DNA of 64,000 nucleotides from Bacteroidales bacterium (GTDB lineage: Bacteria; Bacteroidota; Bacteroidia; Bacteroidales; UBA7960). Each line of letters opens with the position of its first letter. Within the stretch, counting starts at the first letter, position 1. The stretch is taken from contig JBKBSF010000014.1 of NCBI GenBank assembly GCA_046291875.1, forward strand, positions 4,569 to 68,568, read 5' to 3'. Positions 47,660 to 57,100 of this stretch are shown here, piece after piece. The notes below the pieces were generated by a model that was given only the letters and a program-made list of their open reading frames with translations, was not told the DNA's origin and made no database searches. Position numbers and translations under genes: made by a program.

Positions 47660-47753
47660 GAAGATAATTGGCAAATGAATGAATAGAAACCACCGGCGGG
47701 CCTGGCACAAAAGAGCCCGCCAGTGCAATTGAGGGGTTATTCAGAAGCGGGGA

Positions 47754-49775
47754 TTAGCCCAGTTTCTTCTTATCAAGGCCCAGATCTTTGGCCATACTGA
47801 GCAGGTTTGACAAAAACCCCTGGTCTTCTTCGCTGGCCTTCAGCTGCATCTGTGCGATGAGGGCAGCAATGGAAAGGTTTTTCAGGTTCTCGCTGGTAAT
47901 GCCGTACTTGTCGGCAATTTCCCTGATGCGATCCATGAGGTTGGCAGTGCCTGGCTCGCCATTGCCCAACAGGGAAGTTTTGATCTGATCGATGGTTTGA
48001 GAATGCTCTACCAACTTGTCAATTCCCTTGGCATGCGATATTTGCCTGATGAGGTTTTCGAAGAAGGTATTGTCGCCACCCACGATATCGATCTTGGCGG
48101 TTTTGAATGCTTCGGCAAGTACCTTGGCCTGTGCATCGGCAATATCCTTCTGGATGCTGATCTGGGCAAGTTCTACCTCTTTCTCCTTGGAGAGTTTCAG
48201 TCTGAACTCTTCGTGCTCTTTGCCGGCATCGTTGAGTTGTTTCATGGCACCCGCCTTTTCCTGGATACCCCTGGCTTCGGCTTTGGCTTTTTCTTCGATC
48301 ACTTCGGCTTCTACCAAACCTTCTTTGCGTTTTGCTTCGGCCATCTTTTCCACTACAGCGGCATCTACAAATCCCTGGCGCTCCTGCGCATCGGCCTTGG
48401 CATGCATTACCTGTGCTTCCGACAAACCCAGTGTGGCTTCTTCCTTGGCTTTGGCATCGGCAATGATTTTGCGCGCTTCAGCATCCTTATCGGCGGCTTC
48501 CTTGCGGGCATTGGCCTCCACCAGGATACGCTGGGCATCAAACTTGGCAGCCTTCTCTTTGGCTTCGGCAGATTTCACCTCTTCGATCATGTTTCTTTCG
48601 GCCTCTTTGGCAGCCTCAATGAGGGTAACATCCTTCTGGCGGTTGGCTTCCTTGAGAGCTTCCACATCCTTGATCTTCTCCTGCTCTTCCACCACGGTTT
48701 TCTGCATGGCCACACGTTCGCGGATGGTATCCTGGATATTTTTCTTCTCTACTTCAATGGCCTTTTCTTTTTCTATCTGGGCCAATGATACGATGCGTTC
48801 CCTTTCAGTGGCTTCCAGATCGCGGTCTTTCTTCACACGCTCCAGCTCTACCGCTTCGGCTCTTTGTTTGTTCTTTTCGGCGATGATGATCTGGCGTTGC
48901 TTGTTTTGCTCCTGAATCTCCAGTTGTTCTTCGGTGCTGATCTTAACGGTTTCTGACCGAAGCTTCTCTTCTGCAGTTACCTTATCGATCTCTGCCTGCT
49001 CGCGGGCTTTGATGGTTTCTACCTCGCGGCGTTGCGATTCTTCTTTCTCCTTTAGCTGCTTCTCGAGCTCCAGGATCGCTTCGCGGGCTTCCACATCCTG
49101 CTTCTTGATGGTCTTCTCCTCATCGCGGCGGATAAGGTTTGCCTTTACATTCTGCACAGCAGTAAGTTCAGTAATCTTTTTGATACCTTCCGCATCGAGA
49201 ATGTTGTTGGGATCGAGATTTTCGATCTTGGTCTGTTCCAGGTAGTCGATGGCACAGTCGTCGAGTACATATCCATTGAGGTCGGTACCAATGATATCGA
49301 TGATCTCATCGCGAAACTCGCGTCGTGCTTCATAGAGTTCGATAAACTCAAACTTCTTACCCACACTCTTGAGGGCTTCGGAGAATTTGGCTTCGAAAAG
49401 GCTTTCGAGGGTTTCGTGGTCGGACGCCCTTGCACAGCCAATGGTTTGGGCCACATTGATAATATCCTGCACCGACTTGTTTACCCTGACAAAGAAGGCC
49501 ACTTTGATATCGGCCCGCATATTGTCCTTGCAGATAAGGCCGTCCTTGTTCATACGTGAGATCTCCAGCTTTTTCACGGAGATATCCATGATCTCTTCTT
49601 TGTGAAGAATGGGAATAACCAGTCCGGCATTGAAAAAGATTTTTACACCACCCTGGCCGGTGCGTACCAGCACCCTGCCCTGGCTTACCTTTTTGTACAT
49701 CGAAATAAGCCACATGAGCAGGCCGATGAGTACCACCACGCCCAGGAAGGCCACTACATAAAAAGATTCAATCAT
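47754..49775 (-). CDS. Flotillin/SPFH (band-7) family protein with a long Glu/Lys/Ala-rich coiled coil (YqiK-like)
   Basis: N-terminal TM segment plus SPFH domain (…VSQGRVLVRTGQGGVKIFFNAGLVIPILHKEEIMDISV…) and a heptad-repeat region of about 350 aa. Confidence 0.85.
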   Translation of the reverse strand: MIESFYVVAFLGVVVLIGLLMWLISMYKKVSQGRVLVRTGQGGVKIFFNAGLVIPILHKEEIMDISVKKLEISRMNKDGLICKDNMRADIKVAFFVRVNKSVQDIINVAQTIGCARASDHETLESLFEAKFSEALKSVGKKFEFIELYEARREFRDEIIDIIGTDLNGYVLDDCAIDYLEQTKIENLDPNNILDAEGIKKITELTAVQNVKANLIRRDEEKTIKKQDVEAREAILELEKQLKEKEESQRREVETIKAREQAEIDKVTAEEKLRSETVKISTEEQLEIQEQNKQRQIIIAEKNKQRAEAVELERVKKDRDLEATERERIVSLAQIEKEKAIEVEKKNIQDTIRERVAMQKTVVEEQEKIKDVEALKEANRQKDVTLIEAAKEAERNMIEEVKSAEAKEKAAKFDAQRILVEANARKEAADKDAEARKIIADAKAKEEATLGLSEAQVMHAKADAQERQGFVDAAVVEKMAEAKRKEGLVEAEVIEEKAKAEARGIQEKAGAMKQLNDAGKEHEEFRLKLSKEKEVELAQISIQKDIADAQAKVLAEAFKTAKIDIVGGDNTFFENLIRQISHAKGIDKLVEHSQTIDQIKTSLLGNGEPGTANLMDRIREIADKYGITSENLKNLSIAALIAQMQLKASEEDQGFLSNLLSMAKDLGLDKKKLG

Positions 49776-49790
49776 AGTTGTAAGAGTTTT

Positions 49791-50444
49791 TTAAGGTTGA
49801 TATTTCTGAACAAGAAAGAATTTCCGGTCTGGCGATTCTTCGAGAATGATTACGGTATCGTTGTAAGGGATGGGTTCTCCATCGATGGAGCGGGCATACA
49901 CCCTGATCACATCTTTCATAACATGTACCTCTATCTGCCCCAGGCGGTTCTGCCCCATGGGCGAGATTACCCGGCCGGTTTTGCCAATGAAATCGATGGG
50001 TTCTTCTCCTTTGTGGTTAAACATGGCATAGAGCTTCACAAAAGGTTTTGCCACTACTTTGGTAACCAGCATACTGGCAATAAACCCAGGCACATACACC
50101 GCAAAACCCAGTATGTTGTGCGAGATTCCCAGGATGGCCGTAACGTTTACATTGATCAGCCACATGGAGAACACCACCAGGGTAATGATGAAGATGATGG
50201 GCAGCTCGCCAATGTAAAAAAACTTCAGCATGGCATTCCAGAAACCGTCGCCATCCGGATTTCCGGCCTCGGGTTTTGAGATATCGCCGGTGTCGGCATC
50301 AAAATCCACATCGGCATCGGTATCGGCCAGATCAAAGTCGAACCCTGTAAAGATCACCACCAGCCAGTACAAGGTAACGAAGATAACCAGCAGGCTCAGG
50401 ATGAAGTTGGCCGGAGCAAAGGCAATATGAAACAGTTTTTCCAT
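49791..50444 (-). CDS. NfeD/YqiJ-like membrane protein (OB-fold partner of flotillin)
   Basis: N-terminal TM segments, an acidic DFDLADTDADVDFDAD loop and a C-terminal OB-fold-like region (…GKTGRVISPMGQNRLGQIEVHVMKDVIRVYARS…). Confidence 0.7.
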   Translation of the reverse strand: MEKLFHIAFAPANFILSLLVIFVTLYWLVVIFTGFDFDLADTDADVDFDADTGDISKPEAGNPDGDGFWNAMLKFFYIGELPIIFIITLVVFSMWLINVNVTAILGISHNILGFAVYVPGFIASMLVTKVVAKPFVKLYAMFNHKGEEPIDFIGKTGRVISPMGQNRLGQIEVHVMKDVIRVYARSIDGEPIPYNDTVIILEESPDRKFFLVQKYQP

Positions 50445-50495
50445 TTCTGTGCATAGATTAGGTTAAAGAGCTCTGGGAGGCAGTCAATGGCAGGT

Positions 50496-51206
50496 TTACC
50501 CATTGGTGGGGGGTTCGTTCAGGCCCATTTGCTTTTTGAGTTCTTTCAGCTCATCATCCAGAGACAGGTTTTCCAGGGTTTCGCTAACGCGCTGATCGGC
50601 GGAGCGCTGCCCGGCCAACTCGCCATAGGCTTCGGCCAGAGCTTCATCCTGCATCACCTTTTCCTTCATGCGCTCCAGCATCGATACAACGCCGGTGCTG
50701 TCCATGCTGGTCATCTGCTTGTTGATCTTCACAGTAGCACTGCTCACCTTAACGCGGGCTTTGAGGGTGCGAAGCTCATTCTCCCATTGCTTGATCTCAG
50801 CCTTAATCCGCGCCACATTCTGCTCCAGGGTAGCAACCTGCTTTTCAAGGCTGGCAACATCTTCTGTAATGATGCGGATCTCCTGCGTAACTTTGGCTTT
50901 GCGCTTGAGGTTTTCCTTCACAAGATCGTCGGCCTGAGCTGCATCCAGTTCGCCTTGCTGGGCCTTGCGCAGCAACAGCATCGATTTATTGTGCAGATCT
51001 TCCTCCAGGCTGCTTTGCTCAGTAAGTTCTTTTTTCCGGCGGATATGCATGGCTTTTACTTCGGCCAGCGAGCGCATTGCACTCTCCTGGTTGTCCTGCA
51101 TATCGCGAAGCCCCTGTTCGATCATTTTGATGGGATCTTCCAGCTTATCGATGGCAGAATGGGTCTCTGCCTGCCCTATTTTAAACAATCTGCGTAAAAC
51201 TTTCAT
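50496..51206 (-). CDS. pspA: PspA/IM30 (phage-shock protein A / Vipp1) family protein
   Basis: MKVLRRLFKIGQAETHSAIDKLEDPIKMIEQGLRDMQDNQESAMRSLAEVKA… helical coiled-coil protein with the PspA N-terminal signature. Confidence 0.85.
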   Translation of the reverse strand: MKVLRRLFKIGQAETHSAIDKLEDPIKMIEQGLRDMQDNQESAMRSLAEVKAMHIRRKKELTEQSSLEEDLHNKSMLLLRKAQQGELDAAQADDLVKENLKRKAKVTQEIRIITEDVASLEKQVATLEQNVARIKAEIKQWENELRTLKARVKVSSATVKINKQMTSMDSTGVVSMLERMKEKVMQDEALAEAYGELAGQRSADQRVSETLENLSLDDELKELKKQMGLNEPPTNG

Positions 51207-51218
51207 GACTATATATTT

Positions 51219-51614
51219 TTAGTGTGATTTTGAAAACGATAGAATTTCATTGGAATATTCGGAGAGTAAGAGAGCCAGGGAGTTTATGGTGCTTTCCAGC
51301 TCTTTAAGATCGAGCGTTTCCACCTGTAGGGTGTTGCGAAAAATCACCTTCTCTCCCGTTTCATCCAGCACAAATGCTCCGTGCACGATGTCGCGGTTTT
51401 TGATGAGCAACTTTCTGAAAATGGAAGTATCCTCCTTCACATCAAAAAGGTACTGCTCAATAATAACTATGGGCGCTGCAACTCCGATCACCATATTCTT
51501 CACCCCCATCTCCTCCTCATCAATCACAAGGAGGTTGTCAGCTTCATTTTCATACAGAACAGAGTAGCCCAGTTCGGTAACATAGTCTTTTACTTTATAG
51601 AAATAGGTATCCAT
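51219..51614 (-). CDS. YbjN-like (putative sensory-transduction regulator / chaperone-like) domain protein
   Basis: About 130 aa; …YSVLYENEADNLLVIDEEEMGVKNMVIGVAAPIVIIEQYL…FVLDETGEKVIFRNTL… resembles YbjN. Start assumed at the ATG (MDTYFYK…) within the longer ORF-track call. Confidence 0.5.
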   Translation of the reverse strand: MDTYFYKVKDYVTELGYSVLYENEADNLLVIDEEEMGVKNMVIGVAAPIVIIEQYLFDVKEDTSIFRKLLIKNRDIVHGAFVLDETGEKVIFRNTLQVETLDLKELESTINSLALLLSEYSNEILSFSKSH

Positions 51615-51672
51615 ACATGAGGTTTTTATAGGGTTTTTTATAGTATTGGTCTTGCAAAGAATTCGGTGCACA

Positions 51673-51768
51673 ATGATAATAAGAATTTTTTACAATGCAA
51701 AAATTTTCAACATTTTTTTTGCAAATATTATTAGCAATTTGTAATTTTGACAAAAAAAACAGCAAGCC
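51673..51768. promoter_or_regulatory. AT-rich divergent promoter region between the psp-like operon and the XRE regulator gene; contains the 8-bp palindrome TTTGCAAA and several TTGCAAA/TTGTAAT half-sites
   Basis: Seen in the sequence. Confidence 0.4.
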
Positions 51769-52398
51769 ATGTCAGTATTTGGAAAGAATATCAGGAAGAT
51801 ACGCAGTGTAAGAGGCCTCACACAGGCCCAGCTGGCGGAGATGATCGATGTAAGCCGCGGCCAGATCAGCTCCTACGAAGAGGGTCGTGCAGAACCCAAA
51901 ATCGAAACCATACTAAAAACGGCAGAGGTGTTTCATATCAACACCGACCTGCTGTTGCGCGGCAACCTCACGGTAAATCAGCTGGCAGGATTTACCCTGC
52001 CCGATGTAAGTAAAAGCAAGCCGGCGTCGCAGCAGGAGCAGGAACCGAGGCTTTTCAGGTTCTTACCCCGCAACACCCGCGAAATACCCGCCCACGAGCT
52101 GGCTCCCAACCCATGGGTAAAGAAGAACGACATCGTGCTGGCAGTACCGGCCAAGGTGCTCATGGGGAAAATGATGATCATTCATGCGGCAAAAGGATCC
52201 TTTATGGGCCGGATAAGTTTTGAGGATGCCAAAAACGTTAGCATTGATACGGCCGAAAAAACCTTACTCCAGCCCAGGGAAACCCTCGAAGTGCTGGGTA
52301 TATACTCGCCTGTGCAGAACCTATCGCCCTTGGAAGAAAAACTGCTCAACCTGGAAGCCAGGGTACAAAAACTCGAAATGCAATTAAAAAGCCGCTGA
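51769..52398 (+). CDS. XRE-family (Cro/C1 HTH) transcriptional regulator with a C-terminal domain of unknown function
   Basis: IRKIRSVRGLTQAQLAEMIDVSRGQISSYEEGRAEP HTH motif; divergently transcribed from the ybjN-pspA-nfeD-flotillin-ATPase operon. Confidence 0.8.
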   Translation: MSVFGKNIRKIRSVRGLTQAQLAEMIDVSRGQISSYEEGRAEPKIETILKTAEVFHINTDLLLRGNLTVNQLAGFTLPDVSKSKPASQQEQEPRLFRFLPRNTREIPAHELAPNPWVKKNDIVLAVPAKVLMGKMMIIHAAKGSFMGRISFEDAKNVSIDTAEKTLLQPRETLEVLGIYSPVQNLSPLEEKLLNLEARVQKLEMQLKSR

Positions 52399-52402
52399 TC
52401 CT

Positions 52403-53314
52403 ATGCCCCAAAAATTGTATCACCTTCAAAAACTCCAACACATGGTAAAAACAGGACTTCTCTTCGCAGCTTTGTTTTTGGGGCTCTGCTCCTGCAATTT
52501 AATTTCTGAGCATTTCATCAGAAAATCGGGTGAAATGGAAAAGCAGGGCAACACCGACAAAGCCATACGCTTCCTGCTGGCTGCCGAAGTACTGGATAAG
52601 AAAAATCCGGATATCAACCTGCAAATTGCGGCACACTACCTTGCGCTGGAGCAGGAGGACTGGGCCAGAACAGAATACTACAAGGCGATGAATAAAAACA
52701 CTTCAAGCGGTGAACTGGTAATGGCCTGCATAGGTATGGAGATTAAAACCGGCAACTACTGGTCGGCATTGAGCCTTTTCAGAAAGCTGGATATGTCGCA
52801 TGCCAAATCGCCTGATCTGCCCTATGCTCTCAAAGGATTGGCCTATTTTGGCATTCCCAACTACGATAGTGTGATAGTGTATTTCGACCAAGCCATTCAT
52901 CACTGTCCCGACCGGGCCGTCCACTATATTCACAGAGGTTATGCACTTGCGGCCCTGGAGCGGTATCCGGAAGCCCTTGCCGATTACCGCACAGCAGTGA
53001 GTATCGACTCATTGCGTCCGGATGTTTTTCTCAACAAGGCAGACCTGTGGTATATCCTGGAAGATTACCCGCGGGCCCTGGTAAACTACAACCTTGCCAT
53101 GGCACTTATGCATAAAAGGTATGGCATTACAGAGCAGGCAACGGTGGTATATCACAACCGCGCCAGGACCTACCTGGCCCTGGGCGATACCCTGCGTGCC
53201 ATGAAAGACCAGGCCACTGCCAGCGACCTGGGCCCCGCAGACCCTATCCGCCGTTTCGACCTCTTCGGTTCCGATATCATCAGAATGGCACTGGCACAAA
53301 GACCGGGGAGTTGA
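52403..53314 (+). CDS. TPR-repeat lipoprotein
   Basis: Lipobox …LFLGLCSC and several TPR-like helical repeats. Confidence 0.6.
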   Translation: MPQKLYHLQKLQHMVKTGLLFAALFLGLCSCNLISEHFIRKSGEMEKQGNTDKAIRFLLAAEVLDKKNPDINLQIAAHYLALEQEDWARTEYYKAMNKNTSSGELVMACIGMEIKTGNYWSALSLFRKLDMSHAKSPDLPYALKGLAYFGIPNYDSVIVYFDQAIHHCPDRAVHYIHRGYALAALERYPEALADYRTAVSIDSLRPDVFLNKADLWYILEDYPRALVNYNLAMALMHKRYGITEQATVVYHNRARTYLALGDTLRAMKDQATASDLGPADPIRRFDLFGSDIIRMALAQRPGS

Positions 53315-53380
53315 ACGATAAGTCGGTGGGAGGGGTGTAATAAATAGCCTGAAATACTCCTTTGGCACGCTGAACCCACA

Positions 53381-53538
53381 ATGAGGTTTCAACTGGATAT
53401 TCCTGAGACTCCAACCCACCTGTCAATAAACATACATTTTTGAAGGCTTTAATCAATGCAAACAAAGCCCTTGCTGAGCTCAAAGGAATAGCGAAAAGAC
53501 TACCCAACCCATCCATGCTGGTAAATACTATTGCGCTT
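53381..53538 (+). pseudogene. Fic/Doc-family protein N-terminal remnant (frameshifted, lacking the catalytic core)
   Basis: Frame reading …NKHTFLKALINANKALAELKGIAKRLPNPSMLVNTIAL matches the conserved N-terminus of Bacteroidetes Fic proteins and then diverges; the upstream ATG (MRFQLDIPETP…) is in a different frame with an intervening stop. Confidence 0.5.
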
Positions 53539-53851
53539 AGTTATTCTGGAGGGCGGCATAGAAACCGAGGGGCAGCTTTTTGAACCCGGACAACTGCTGG
53601 TGGCAACCCAGAGTACTTTGGGCGAGTTTACCCTGCAACCCAACAGCAGGGTCTATATCTTTGGAGGAGAACCCTTTTCTGAACAAAGATTCATTGACTG
53701 GAACTTTGTTTCTTCTGACAAAAATCTCATCGACAAGGCAAAACAGAAGTGGAAAGATCAGGCTTTTGAAAAAGTAAAGGGCGACGAAGCTGAGTTTATC
53801 CCCTACCCCCTCAATTTCGAAAAAAACACACTACAAGGGGGTAGTAATTAG
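53531..53851 (+). pseudogene. Pirin-family C-terminal domain fragment (only ~100 aa; the N-terminal cupin domain is missing)
   Basis: …VILEGGIETEGQLFEPGQLLVATQSTLGEFTLQPNSRVYIFGGEPFSEQRFIDWNFVSSDKNLIDKAKQKWKDQAF… fits the pirin C-terminal pattern (GGEP…W/GPFVMN-like…I…A…). Confidence 0.5.
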
Positions 53852-54183
53852 TTTTTTGATTAATTGCAATCTTGCTAGCACTACGTTTAACGAAAGACAA
53901 AGATTTTTTGACAAAAAAATGCAATTGGTCTGGCCACTTTCTGAAACACCTGATCCATAGCAATCAAGGAACTCTGTCAGCGACAAAAAAAATTCCAACA
54001 CTTGCAAATTCAGTCTCTTAACCCATATGGGATATCAGGATCCGGAATATTTTGAGGCCACATTGGCTAATGCATCCCAAAGATTACTCAATTTAACCTA
54101 TATTTGATAGAGAAACACCAATACCAGGGAGGTGCTGCAATACTGCATTTCCCCAACCTCCATTCCAAAAACCCAATTCTACC

Positions 54184-57100
54184 ATGACCCGATCTTCCTT
54201 TGTCCTTGCCTTCGCTCTGCTTCTTTCCACTTTTTCATGGGGGCAGGATTTTGCCAAAATCCCTGCAACACATCAAAGCCATCCTGAGCTGGGCACCACC
54301 CGCCCTGCATCGGTAATCTCTCTACTGGCCTACGAGCTGGTGCATTTGCGCACCACCCATTCGCGCACTTTTCTCAATGCCAATAAAACCCGTACGCTGG
54401 TGTATTCTACAGCTCCCTTACATTACCTTGACGACAATGGTTTCTATATTTCCCTACAAAACAGACTAACAGCCCGGGAGCCCGGCCAATACCAAATGCC
54501 TGATATGAACCCTGTGCATCACTTCAATGAGCTTACAGGACGCACCGGCTTTTCCCATGCAGGTGCAACCATGCATATCGAACCCCAAAAGGTAACCTTT
54601 GGTTCTTCGGAGCAAACCCAAACCCAAGTTGCAACCCATCAAAGCCGGACCAGGGAGGTATCCGCCAGCCTGATCAACACCCGGGAGATTTTTCCGGGTA
54701 TCGATATGCGGCAGGAGTTTTTCGATTTTGCCCAGAAAACCCATTATATCCTCCGCCATTCTTCCGATATCCTCTACTGGGCCGATCATATGGTTGTAGA
54801 AAATCTTATTACTATTCCCGACAACCTGCGCCTGGTTCTGGTGGATGAGGAGCAAATGGAAGTTGTAAACAGTGAGGGAGATCCTGTTTTTCGGTTTCAT
54901 CCGGCCGTGGTTACCGACCAAACACCCATTGCTGCCAAATTCAGCCATCAGAGGCCCCACAGTATGGTGCAGTACGAGCTGGAGCAAAACACTCCCGGAC
55001 AGTATATTTGGCGTATGGTTGTAGATGCTCAATGGTTGCGTGCTCCTGAGCGGGTTTTCCCGGTGATCGTTGATCCGGTGATCTCCATTGTGAACAATGA
55101 GGTGGTTCCCAGTTGTGTTTTCCCAAATTATCAATCCAATACGCTGCAGATCAATGTACCTCAGGGAGAAACCATCCTCTGGACCGATATCACCTACGAT
55201 TTTGTGGCTGTGTCCGGGTCCAGTGCATGGATATCAGACCAACGCAGTTATGTATCGGGCAGTGCAGGCGAAACAGCTGTTTTGTCAGAATCCATTGATA
55301 CTCCGGGCACACATACTTACATCATCAATAATTCTCATATTGCCAACGGGGTTTCTCCGGGTCAGATCGAGCTCACCTTCCATGCCTCACGCAATTGGGG
55401 CGGATCGGGCTGCAATGCCTCATTCAACTTTATCAACCGGCGCACCGTTGAGGTGCATTATGGCACCATCGAGTTTGGCGATGGGCCACTATACATCAAC
55501 GAATACAGTGCTTCCAACCGCACCCATTACGATGGTTTCGGACGCACCGAAGACTGGATTGAGCTTTTCAATGCCGATACTGAAAACTATTTTAACCTGG
55601 AAGGTTATTACCTGAGCAACGATCCCGATGATCCGCTGAAGTGGCAGATCCCTGCAGCCATCATCCCTCCGGGGGGCAAAGTGCTGGTATACTGCTCCAA
55701 CCGCGATTTTGCCAGTGGTACAGTGCTGCATGCCAATTTTAATCTAACCCAGTTGCGCCCCGATGCCATTGTATTGTCGAACCCTCAAGGCGAACTCATG
55801 GAATCGGTGCAGATGGAGAGGACCCAGATCAACCATTCGCGTGGGCGGATTACCGATGGAAGCCCTCAATGGGGTATCTTCACCCACCCTACTCCGCTGC
55901 AGCCCAATGCACAGGCGAGGCTGGCCTACACCTCCACACCTGCCTTCAGCCTGCCTGCAGGAAGCTATTCGGGTACTGTACAGGTGGAGATCACCTCAGA
56001 GAACCCCAACGAAATCATACGGTACACCCTCAACGGTTCTACCCCCAACACTTCTTCGCCCATCTACACTGCACCCATCTCCCTGACCTCTACCACCGTA
56101 TTGAGGGCCAGGGCTTTTCATAACAACCCCGACACCATTCCGGGCTTCATCGAAACAGCCACCTATTTCTTTGACGAAAACCACCAGTTGCCCATATTTT
56201 CCTTTGCAGGTGATACGGATCTGTTGCAACTTTTCAATGGAAACAACTCACTGCGGCCCCTGGGCAACTTTGAGTTCTTCGATCAGGAGGGTGTATTCCA
56301 GGATAAAAATTTCGGCGATTTCAACAAACATGGCAACGACTCCTGGAGCTACCCACAAAGGGGAGTTGATTTTATATCGAGAGATGACTATGGCTACCAA
56401 CGCCGGCTCGAATACCCCTTCTTTGCTACCAAAGACCGCACGAGGTTTCGCCGCCTGATGGTAAAAGCTGCCGCCAACGATAATTATCCTTTTGAGAATG
56501 GTGGGGCACACATCAGAGACTCTTATATCCAAACCTTATCGCAGCTGGCGGGCCTGGATCTCGACGAACGCAGCTCTACCAACGTAATTGTATATCTCAA
56601 CGGGCAATACTGGGGAGTTTATGATCTCAGAGAAAGGGTCGACGACAATAATTTCACCGACCATTACTATGGCCAGGATTATCTCTATCGCGACAGCGAT
56701 AACTACCTTCAGTTCATCAAAACCTGGGGCAATACCTATGCTCATTTTGGCAATCAACCCGCCATTCAGGCCTGGAGCCACTTGAAGAGCTATGTGGCCA
56801 GCAACAATATGGGCGAGAAAGCTCATTTCGATTATGTGGACTCCCAACTCAATATCCAGAGCCTGATCGACTATTTTGTACTAAACTCCTTTGTGGTATC
56901 GCGCGACTGGCTCAACTACAACACGGGATGGTGGCGCGGCAGGAACCCGGAGGGTCAGGCACAGCAATGGCGCTATTATGTGTGGGATATGGAAGCAGCC
57001 ATGGGCCATTTCCATAACTATACAGGGCTGCCCAATGCCACTGCCACTGCCCCGCCCTGCCAGGCCGAAAACCTCAATGTGGGCGATGGACACACACAGA

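Noticed and set aside
47660-47728. ORF-track start (47728) of the giant ATPase gene
   Set aside because: The first 23 residues (MHWRALLCQARRWFLFIHLPIIF) are Arg/Trp/Cys-rich and atypical. The internal ATG at 47659 (MDNTIEKGTYEII…) is the more plausible start, although this cannot be proven without homologues.
47997-49245. Plus-strand ORFs of 263, 299 and 103 aa overlapping the flotillin gene
   Set aside because: The flotillin coiled-coil region is Glu/Lys/Ala-rich, so the opposite strand is depleted of stop codons; the products are Ser/Ala/Leu/Phe low-complexity artefacts.
50487-51197. 236-aa plus-strand ORF antisense to pspA
   Set aside because: Same reasoning: the PspA assignment is strong (N-terminal signature, coiled coil), and the antisense ORF has no features.
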